This document shows, in pieces, positions 31,384-36,455 of a stretch of DNA of 64,000 nt. The notes under the pieces were generated by a model. The model worked only from the letters and a program-made list of their open reading frames with translations. It did no database searches and was not told the DNA's origin. Where the stretch lies: NCBI GenBank assembly GCA_964386395.1, contig CAYLRV010000001.1:23807-87806 (forward strand), written 5' to 3'. Each line of letters opens with the position of its first letter. The stretch's first letter is position 1. The position numbers and the translations under genes were made by a program. The DNA is from an uncultured Chitinophaga sp. (GTDB lineage: Bacteria > Bacteroidota > Bacteroidia > Chitinophagales > Chitinophagaceae).

Positions 31384-31425
31384 CATAAAAACATAAAACA
31401 TCCGGTACCGTTATAATACCGGATG
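31384..31425 (-). terminator. Rho-independent terminator after the SPFH gene
   Basis: 9-bp stem catccggta/taccggatg (31399-31425). On the minus strand it is followed by TTTTATGTTTTTATG. Confidence 0.75.
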
Positions 31426-31429
31426 TATA

Positions 31430-32527
31430 TTATTTACTTACCAAAATCTGCTTCAACTGCTCTAATAGCTGACCGTTACCGCCTACGCTGATATTGCTGA
31501 TTTTGTCGGCAATTTTCTCCACGTATTCCATTTCCTTCAGCTTCCAAAGCATGGCATTTTCTTCCATCAGTTTGGCTGTGTTCAGCAGGCTACGGGTGCT
31601 GGCAGTTTCTTCACGACGCATAATGGTGTTGGCCTGCGCCTTCTTTTCTGCCACCAGTACCTGGTTCATAATCTCTTTCATATCACCTGGCAGTATGATA
31701 TCACGAATACCAAAACCATTCACCGCAACACCCAATGCTTCTGCTTTTCCTTTCACACTTTGCAGGATAAAAGGAGCAATGGCTTCCTTCTTTTCCAGCA
31801 ATTCATCAAAGCCGAATCCGGCAATGTATTCACGCAGGGCCAGTTGCAGCGCCACGTACAGTTGCTTATCGTATTCTTTGTTCAGCACCATAGCTATTTC
31901 AAGGTCTGTTACGTTGTACTGTGACCAGGCATTGATACGCAATGCAGCCTTATCACGGGTCAGTATTTCCTGACCGTTGATTTCCAGTTGTTGCTGACGC
32001 ATATCTGCTTTCGCTACATGGATAGTGATACTGTTCTTCCACCAATAGTAGGTACCTGCATCCAGTTGCTTTACAAACTTACCATCTATGAACAACACCG
32101 CTTTCTCATAGCTTTGCACCTCGTAGTTACGCACCCAGTTGCTCACCGGTGCTTTTACCAGTACGGCACGGTCGATAGCCGTATCGATTTCAACCTGGCT
32201 GATATCAGCCCGAACGAAATCATTTTGCACAACAGATTTCCAGAATGCATAACGGCCGGCCGCCAGCACCTGCTTCAACAGGCCATTTTCGTATTGCAAC
32301 ACTATTTCTGTGTCTTTCACTTCCACTACCTGCAGTATAGCAGCCAGCTCCTTGTCCTGCAACAGGATGTTTAGTTCTACCGGTGCAGTGAATTGTTTGG
32401 TAATATCATAGATATATACCTGTTCGTTTTTCCAGAACCAGTAATTACCAGTCAGCAGCAGGCGCTTGTAGGCGCCATCTTTGAACACCAAACCAACCTG
32501 CCATGCGTTAATTTTTACTTTTTTCAT
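31430..32527 (-). CDS. SPFH/band-7 (slipin-like) domain protein with a duplicated N-terminal beta-rich region
   Basis: Start at ATG 32527 (MKKVKINAWQVGLVFKDG). C-terminal SPFH-type block IRDIILPGDMKEIMNQVLVAEKKAQANTIMRREETA. The N-terminal half contains two similar YWFWKN / YYWWKN segments. Confidence 0.7.
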   Translation of the reverse strand: MKKVKINAWQVGLVFKDGAYKRLLLTGNYWFWKNEQVYIYDITKQFTAPVELNILLQDKELAAILQVVEVKDTEIVLQYENGLLKQVLAAGRYAFWKSVVQNDFVRADISQVEIDTAIDRAVLVKAPVSNWVRNYEVQSYEKAVLFIDGKFVKQLDAGTYYWWKNSITIHVAKADMRQQQLEINGQEILTRDKAALRINAWSQYNVTDLEIAMVLNKEYDKQLYVALQLALREYIAGFGFDELLEKKEAIAPFILQSVKGKAEALGVAVNGFGIRDIILPGDMKEIMNQVLVAEKKAQANTIMRREETASTRSLLNTAKLMEENAMLWKLKEMEYVEKIADKISNISVGGNGQLLEQLKQILVSK

Positions 32528-32839
32528 TTTACTTGTTTTGCCCGTCAATAAACATTTATTTACTGTCAGCATGATTAATTAAAATAAAGCCGTGCTTGCC
32601 GCCACCAGTTACTACGGAATGAGATTAATACAACCCAGTTTCGTACAGTTCTTCACTCCCTCATCAGCTATACGTATATAACAAACTATGAGTGACGAAG
32701 TATAGTCAACTTCATTATACGCTTCTTATTTCGGGTAGCTGCCCGGCTGTATTGGTACAGGCTGCTTTAGCGTCCCGACCAATTACAGGCAACAAACCCG
32801 GCTTTTATCGGTCACCATTTTTTGAGAAGTGGTGTACTT

Positions 32840-33020
32840 CTTTGATACAAGCATCCTAAGTGCTTTGCGTTTACCATTTCCGCCATTTCCCCTTTAGAGG
32901 GAAAGCGGGATTCGAACCCGCATATTGTCTGTTGCTCTGTCCACTAAGCTACCGGGCCCATTGCCCGGATGGGATTCGAACCCATGACCCACAGGTTGTG
33001 GTGATATATGTATCAGTGAA
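32840..33020 (-). ncRNA. Structured RNA with two tandem, circularly permuted tRNA-like modules (YrlA / Y-RNA-like)
   Basis: Minus-sense order is: GATAC ATAT [ATCACCACAA] CCTGT GGGTC; T-arm1 ATGGG-TTCGAAT-CCCAT (32969-32985); loop-closed acceptor hairpin CCGGGC-AATGG-GCCCGG; TA; D-arm1 GCTT-AGTGGACA-GAGC; A; ACAG ACA ATAT G; T-arm2 GCGGG-TTCGAAT-CCCGC (32905-32921); hairpin TTTCCCT-CTAAA-GGGGAAA; TG; D-arm2; anticodon-like arm AAGCA-CTTAGGA-TGCTT; GTATC. The outer segments GATAC/GTATC, ATAT/ATAT and CCTGT/ACAG are complementary. The ends of the RNA are uncertain. Confidence 0.5.
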
Positions 33021-33163
33021 ATAATAGCATACAGATAGCTATTGCGTCTGCACTGCCATGCTTGTTAAACATGTACCTGGTTTATTTTCAACAGGCATAT
33101 ATCATCTTGCCGTTAAGCAAGCCATTACGTTGATGTTTTCGCATCAACAATATTGTAAAGAGC

Positions 33164-34240
33164 TTAATTCATCAATGTCTCCGGCAGGCGAAACCCAATT
33201 ATCTCGGTCTGCTTTACTTCCTGCTGCTTTTCATGCGGGTTGGCGATCTCCGCTATTGTCATCGGACCGGTTATTGTTTTATCATATCCCAAATGTTCGC
33301 TTAGCCGCTGCGCTTTTTCTTTACTGAGCTTTCCGAATTCATAACGGGCTATCAACCTTCCTTTCCGCAACAGGGCACTGTCAATGGCTGTCAGTGAACT
33401 GTTGAATGTGCATATCAATTGCACATTCAGGAAGTCGGCCAGCAGACCATCTGATATATTCAGCAGGTTACTCACCGCTGAACTGCTGTTTTGCTTCCTG
33501 TCCATGATAATATTCTCGGCATCTTCAATTATCAAGACTGTATTCGGGTTATTGATCAGCAGTTCGATAAACTCAGGGTTCATCAGGTTTCCCGCTACCG
33601 ATGGTGAAAGGAATAAAACCCTTTTCTTTACCTTACCCACCAGGTACCGTAAATAGGTTGTCTTTCCTGTACCCGGTAAACCATGCAGCAGTACAATACC
33701 TTTGTCATTCTTTTGCCTGAGCCTTTTTTGTATGACCGTATCCACATCTTTAAAATCGTCTTCGTAAAAAAGTCCCAGATCCAGCTTTGTCCGTTTTATT
33801 TCCATCGCCCGCAGATCCATCGAATTCCGGCTTTGCACAATCAGGTTGATCTCCAATGGCTGCCGGCGTTGCCTTTCTTTAAACTGAAGGGCAATGGCAA
33901 CAATCGCTTTTACCAGTTCCCCGTCACTGCCATCGTGGAGTATTTCGCAATAGTCATCCTCCAGCTCCACAATACAGTTTTGTTGCAACACAATAAGCGT
34001 TTTATCAAACTGAAATTTCTTCTTTTTACGCTTGTACCAGGTCGTCCGATGAATGTTCTTTATTGATTGCGCAAATTTCTCCTGCAATACAGCAAACACC
34101 TTCTCCCCTTCCACATCGCTGATAAAATTGATGTTTGGCAGTGCGTTAAAACTGTACAGGTACAACATCTTTGCGTCCAGGAAAGAGTCGCCAAACACAT
34201 TGTTTGCGTTTATAACTTTCTGACTGTATAGATTTTCCAT
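33164..34240 (-). CDS. AAA+ ATPase (classical AAA clade, Bcs1-like architecture) with an uncharacterised N-terminal domain
   Basis: Walker A HGLPGTGKTT, Walker B VLIIEDAE, second region of homology with RKGRL. The N-terminal roughly 190 aa carry no recognisable motifs. Confidence 0.8.
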   Translation of the reverse strand: MENLYSQKVINANNVFGDSFLDAKMLYLYSFNALPNINFISDVEGEKVFAVLQEKFAQSIKNIHRTTWYKRKKKKFQFDKTLIVLQQNCIVELEDDYCEILHDGSDGELVKAIVAIALQFKERQRRQPLEINLIVQSRNSMDLRAMEIKRTKLDLGLFYEDDFKDVDTVIQKRLRQKNDKGIVLLHGLPGTGKTTYLRYLVGKVKKRVLFLSPSVAGNLMNPEFIELLINNPNTVLIIEDAENIIMDRKQNSSSAVSNLLNISDGLLADFLNVQLICTFNSSLTAIDSALLRKGRLIARYEFGKLSKEKAQRLSEHLGYDKTITGPMTIAEIANPHEKQQEVKQTEIIGFRLPETLMN

Positions 34241-34341
34241 TGTCTTACATTTTAGCTGTTCCGTTGCCGGTAACAGTGTTCCTATTAATTTTTCGTTCCT
34301 TTCCTAATCTCCCGCCCGCAGGCAGGAGACCGAAAAGGTTG

Positions 34342-34848
34342 TTACTGTACCACTTTATTTGCACAGCTGGAGCTGGCAAAAGCTTCCGGTTTAGCCTTGA
34401 AAGCAAAACCCCTGCCTGTCCGGCAGGCAGGCATTCCCATGATATAGCCCATAGCTTCCTTCAGGGCATCGTTACTTTTAAAGTTTGGGTTGGTGTTGAT
34501 GTCCGCATGCACTTCCATATCCACACTGTAGCGGCTGAATATGTTGCACAGTGCATAGGCTACTTCGATACTTTTCTGTACTTCCATCAACATCCGTTCT
34601 TTAATCGTCATACGCTGGCGGGTTGTTTCATTATGGATATACATGAAACCACCTTTCCCTTTCCGGATGAATACGATTACCGTGGCAAACTCAGTCACCC
34701 TGGCTTTCACCTGGCTATCGGTACCAATGCAGACTTTCAATTCATGTCCATTCTCTTTTTCCTGCATCAATACACGGCTTACCTCTTCCGCAATCGGGAT
34801 TTGAATCCGTTCACCGGTCAATTTTCTCCATTGTTGTTCCTGTTCCAT
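34342..34848 (-). CDS. YkuK/DUF458-family RNase-H-like protein
   Basis: 168 aa. KVCIGTDSQ, FATVIVFIRKGKGGF and KPEAFASS resemble the DUF458 family. Carries the 21-nt palindrome in frame at 34411-34431. The start codon lies 30 nt downstream (minus sense) of the last tRNA-like element. Confidence 0.55.
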   Translation of the reverse strand: MEQEQQWRKLTGERIQIPIAEEVSRVLMQEKENGHELKVCIGTDSQVKARVTEFATVIVFIRKGKGGFMYIHNETTRQRMTIKERMLMEVQKSIEVAYALCNIFSRYSVDMEVHADINTNPNFKSNDALKEAMGYIMGMPACRTGRGFAFKAKPEAFASSSCANKVVQ

Positions 34849-34877
34849 TGTTTTTGTTTTTCAATGTTGTGCTGCAT

Positions 34878-34943
34878 AAGTACAAGGATTCGATCCACCT
34901 CCGGTGGATTGTAAGCCATTATGCTACCGTTACATCATACTTG
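34878..34943 (-). ncRNA. Degenerate tRNA-like element A (66 nt)
   Basis: Acceptor-like pairing AAGTATG/TGTACTT plus A73. The interior has a CTTACAA loop-like segment, the hairpin TCCACC-GGA-GGTGGA, and TCGAATCC, but no canonical T-stem. Confidence 0.3.
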
Positions 34944-34950
34944 CTTTTGT

Positions 34951-35022
34951 GGACAAAACAGGATTCGAACCTGTACTGCTGCGGCTTCAACGCAGTGCTC
35001 TGCCATTGGAGCTATTTGTCCT
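34951..35022 (-). tRNA. tRNA-Phe(GAA)
   Basis: GGACAAA TA GCTC-CAATGGCA-GAGC A CTGCG-TTGAAGC-CGCAG CAGT ACAGG-TTCGAAT-CCTGT TTTGTCC A. A fully canonical cloverleaf with no encoded CCA. Confidence 0.9.
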
Positions 35023-35116
35023 TTTGTTTGTACCTGCACTGGCTGATCTTTTACACTTCATCACCGAATTGTGTTGCACAAACTCTGTCTTCCCGCCATA
35101 GCGGAATTATCATTGC

Positions 35117-35204
35117 GGAGAGTAAAGGATTCGAACCTTTGTACCGTTGTGAACGACAGCCCAAGCTTAGCAGGCTGGCACATTACCACTCTGTCAACCC
35201 TCCT
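35117..35204 (-). tRNA. tRNA-Ser(GCU), class II
   Basis: GGAGGGT TG ACA-GAGTGGTAA-TGT G CCAGC-CTGCTAA-GCTTG, long variable arm GTCGTT-CAC-AACGGT, AAAGG-TTCGAAT-CCTTT ACTCTCC G. There is one C.U mismatch in the anticodon stem. Confidence 0.75.
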
Positions 35205-35208
35205 TTGT

Positions 35209-35292
35209 GTGATTAATAAGATTCGAACTTATTCAGCCCGAAGGCAACGGTTTTACAGACCGTTACGACTCTCCGTCTTCGTCGTACTCACC
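35209..35292 (-). tRNA. tRNA-Tyr(GUA), class II
   Basis: GTGAGTA CG ACGA-AGACGGAGAG-TCGT A ACGGT-CTGTAAA-ACCGT, variable arm GCC-TTCG-GGC, ATAAG-TTCGAAT-CTTAT TAATCAC A. Has C8 instead of U8 and one G.A mismatch in the acceptor. Confidence 0.8.
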
Positions 35293-35303
35293 AAAATTTC
35301 AGC

Positions 35304-35380
35304 GGATGAAGAAAGGGTCGAACTTTCAACCATCGGCTTAACATCCGCCACTGGCGGACTGCCATTGAGCTATTCATCCA
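35304..35380 (-). ncRNA. tRNA-like element E (perfect acceptor and T-arm, non-canonical core)
   Basis: GGATGAA TA GCTC AATGGCAG [TCCGCC-AGT-GGCGGA] TGTTAAGCCGATGGTT GAAAG-TTCGACC-CTTTC TTCATCC G. It has no D-stem partner and no 5-bp stem with a 7-nt anticodon loop. ATGTTAA could be a GUU (Asn) loop only with a poor stem. Confidence 0.4.
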
Positions 35381-35384
35381 TTGT

Positions 35385-35458
35385 TGTCCCGGTGAGATTC
35401 GAACTCACAACCCCCCGGTTAAAAGCCGGGTACATCTTCCAGTTGAGCTACGAGACAT
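35385..35458 (-). tRNA. tRNA-Lys(UUU) with a weak D-stem
   Basis: TGTCTCG TA GCTC-AACTGGAA-GATG TA CCCGG-CTTTTAA-CCGGG GGGTT GTGAG-TTCGAAT-CTCAC CGGGACA A. U1-A72 pair. Only 2 of 4 D-stem pairs form. Confidence 0.65.
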
Positions 35459-35464
35459 TTTTGT

Positions 35465-35556
35465 TGCGGCTACCGGATTCACTGTCTGCCGACAGGCAGG
35501 GAACCAGTAACTCCTGCCATGTAAAAACAGCTTTCTCCCATTGAATTAAGCCGCAC
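35465..35556 (-). tRNA. tRNA-Val(UAC)-like with a 20-nt T-loop insertion
   Basis: TGCGGCT TA ATTC-AATGGGA-GAAA G CTGTT-TTTACAT-GGCAG GAGTT ACTGG-TTC[CCTGCCTGTCGGCAGACAGT]GAAT-CCGGT AGCCGCA A. The insertion occupies plus 35482-35501. Confidence 0.6.
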
Positions 35557-35573
35557 TGCTTCATAAGGTTTGT

Positions 35574-35645
35574 GATGGTTGACAGATTCGAACTGTCAGC
35601 CGCTATCGTATCAGGATAGTACTCTGCCATTGAGTTAAACCATCA
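35574..35645 (-). tRNA. tRNA-Ile(GAU)
   Basis: GATGGTT TA ACTC-AATGGCA-GAGT A CTATC-CTGATAC-GATAG CGGCT GACAG-TTCGAAT-CTGTC AACCATC A. Canonical cloverleaf. Confidence 0.9.
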
Positions 35646-35649
35646 TTGT

Positions 35650-35721
35650 TGCGGCTGCCAGATTCGAACCAGCATTTGAAGCTTATGAGACTTCTGAGTT
35701 AGCCATTACGCTAAACCGCAA
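35650..35721 (-). tRNA. tRNA with CAU anticodon (Met or Ile2; cannot be distinguished here)
   Basis: TGCGGTT TA GCGT-AATGGCTA-ACTC A GAAGT-CTCATAA-GCTTC AAAT GCTGG-TTCGAAT-CTGGC AGCCGCA A. One D-stem mismatch and a G.U-rich T-stem. Confidence 0.7.
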
Positions 35722-35730
35722 TTAATATGT

Positions 35731-35804
35731 AAGCCTGGTGAGAATCGAACTCACACTACATGGCTTCTAAGGCCATTGCCTCTCCCAATTGGGCTACAAG
35801 CTTA
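35731..35804 (-). tRNA. tRNA with Leu anticodon UAG on a class I (short variable loop) body
   Basis: AAGCTTG TA GCCC-AATTGGGAG-AGGC A ATGGC-CTTAGAA-GCCAT GTAGT GTGAG-TTCGATT-CTCAC CAGGCTT A. Confidence 0.7.
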
Positions 35805-35814
35805 TTTCATTTGT

Positions 35815-35887
35815 CGGCCAGACTGGATTCGAACCAGTAACCTTTTGCGTATAAGGCAACTGCTCACACCGTTGAGCTACAGGCCGC
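35815..35887 (-). tRNA. tRNA-Ile(UAU)
   Basis: CGGCCTG TA GCTC-AACGGTGT-GAGC A GTTGC-CTTATAC-GCAAA AGGTT ACTGG-TTCGAAT-CCAGT CTGGCCG A. One U.U mismatch in the acceptor. Confidence 0.8.
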
Positions 35888-35895
35888 TTGTTTGC

Positions 35896-35988
35896 TGACT
35901 CAGAAAGATTCCCTGCCAGTCGGCAGACAGGGAACTTTCATCTCCTCATTCGTAGTGAGGTGTTCTTCTCCATTGAACTATAAGTCAT
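35896..35988 (-). tRNA. tRNA-Arg(ACG) with a 20-nt T-loop insertion
   Basis: TGACTTA TA GTTC-AATGGAGAA-GAAC A CCTCA-CTACGAA-TGAGG AGAT GAAAG-TTC[CCTGTCTGCCGACTGGCAGG]GAAT-CTTTC TGAGTCA G. The insertion occupies plus 35913-35932. All four stems are otherwise good. Confidence 0.7.
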
Positions 35989-35993
35989 CATTG

Positions 35994-36110
35994 TACGGCT
36001 TCAGGAATTCCTGCCTGGCCGGCAGCCAGGGAACCTCTGCAACGATCACCTGCTATTTTCCTCTCAGAAAGAAAGGGAGGTGATTATGTTTCCATTACAA
36101 CAAGCCGTAT
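35994..36110 (-). tRNA. Aberrant tRNA-like gene (possible Gln-CUG) with a T-loop insertion and an elongated anticodon arm
   Basis: Acceptor ACGGCTT/AAGCCGT (or TACGGCT/AGCCGTA). Outer stem CACCT/AGGTG encloses CCC TTTCT-TTCTGAG-AGGAA AATAGC. T-loop TTC[CCTGGCTGCCGGCCAGGCAG]GAAT (insertion at plus 36012-36031). The T-stem is weak. Confidence 0.4.
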
Positions 36111-36113
36111 TGG

Positions 36114-36186
36114 GTGCACTGCGGGGCTCGAACCCTGTTCTCCCGATGCACAGTCGGGCACTTTACCAAATAAGCTACAGCCACCA
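36114..36186 (-). tRNA. tRNA-His(GUG) with encoded G-1
   Basis: G(-1) GTGGCTG TA GCTT-ATTTGGTA-AAGT G CCCGA-CTGTGCA-TCGGG AGAA CAGGG-TTCGAGC-CCC.. CAGTGCAC C. G-1 lies opposite C73. The 3' acceptor strand has TG where C is expected, giving a 1x2 internal loop. Confidence 0.7.
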
Positions 36187-36191
36187 TCTGT

Positions 36192-36283
36192 TACCCGGCT
36201 CAGACTCCCTGTCTGCTGACAGGCAGGGAACTGAGAATACCAGACTCAAATTCTGGTGTGTTGCCAATTACACCACCCGGTAA
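36192..36283 (-). tRNA. tRNA-Gln(UUG) with a 20-nt T-loop insertion
   Basis: TACCGGG TG GTGT-AATTGGCA-ACAC A CCAGA-ATTTGAG-TCTGG TATT CTCAG-TTC[CCTGCCTGTCAGCAGACAGG]GAGT-CTGAG CCGGGTA A. The insertion occupies plus 36209-36228. Confidence 0.7.
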
Positions 36284-36287
36284 TCGT

Positions 36288-36335
36288 GCAGCATGAGTGA
36301 ATCCCTGTCTGCAGACTGGAAGTGAACATGCAGCC
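36288..36335 (-). ncRNA. Acceptor-stem-like hairpin enclosing a short copy of the palindrome, flanked by AGTGAA direct repeats
   Basis: gcagcatg (36289-36296) pairs with catgcagc (36328-36335) with one mismatch. The interior is agtgaa-tccctgtctgcagactgg-aagtgaa. The 3' side is followed by CGAT, like the CAAT trailers of the array. Confidence 0.3.
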
Positions 36336-36455
36336 TTCCGCCGCGGCGGATATCCGGCCAATCGAAATGCTCCTATATTTTGCTCAAAGAACTTTTGGAA
36401 AAGCATCCCCGCTGCACCTGCGGGGAGCTTTGTCCCTCCTTCTGCACATAATCTG

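Noticed and set aside
31219-31401. 60-aa minus-strand ORF between the SPFH gene and rtcB.
   Set aside because: Its N-terminal half is encoded by the inverted-repeat arm and the terminator region. Only the C-terminal roughly 35 aa (ENTFERLDFIIKESEDERVAQFIDALENLNKG) look protein-like. It is probably a gene remnant inside a repeat cassette.
32638-32667. Hammerhead-ribozyme-like words CTGATGAG ... CGAAAC on the minus strand, preceded by a TATACGTATA palindrome. This was tempting because ribozyme products are RtcB substrates.
   Set aside because: The segment between CUGAUGA and GAAA does not form a credible stem II; the best option is a 3-bp AGU/ACU stem. The sequence after GAAAC (CUGGGUUG) also has no complementary stem III partner upstream. 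This is most likely a chance match.
34240-34914. 224-aa plus-strand ORF.
   Set aside because: It is antisense to the YkuK/DUF458-like gene, has a low-complexity translation, and contains the palindrome and tRNA-like element A.
35023-35116. A possible additional tRNA in the 94-nt gap between tRNA-Ser and tRNA-Phe.
   Set aside because: It contains small hairpins (TTGTG-CAA-CACAA and TTCCGC-TAT-GGCGGGAA) but no acceptor/T-arm combination. I report it only as part of the hairpin-family finding.
35482-36228. Whether the T-loop insertions form an archaeal bulge-helix-bulge (BHB) splicing motif.
   Set aside because: The two junctions lie directly opposite each other across a 3x4-nt internal loop (TTC / GAAT) at the base of the hairpin. 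They are not in two 3-nt bulges offset by a 4-bp helix, so a canonical BHB is not supported. RNA-level excision remains only a hypothesis.
34878-36283. Regularly spaced repeats (ggattcgaacc about every 75-95 bp) that could be mistaken for a CRISPR array.
   Set aside because: The repeated word is the T-arm of individual tRNAs. Each unit folds as a cloverleaf with a different anticodon, there is no constant repeat of 25 nt or more, and no cas genes are present.
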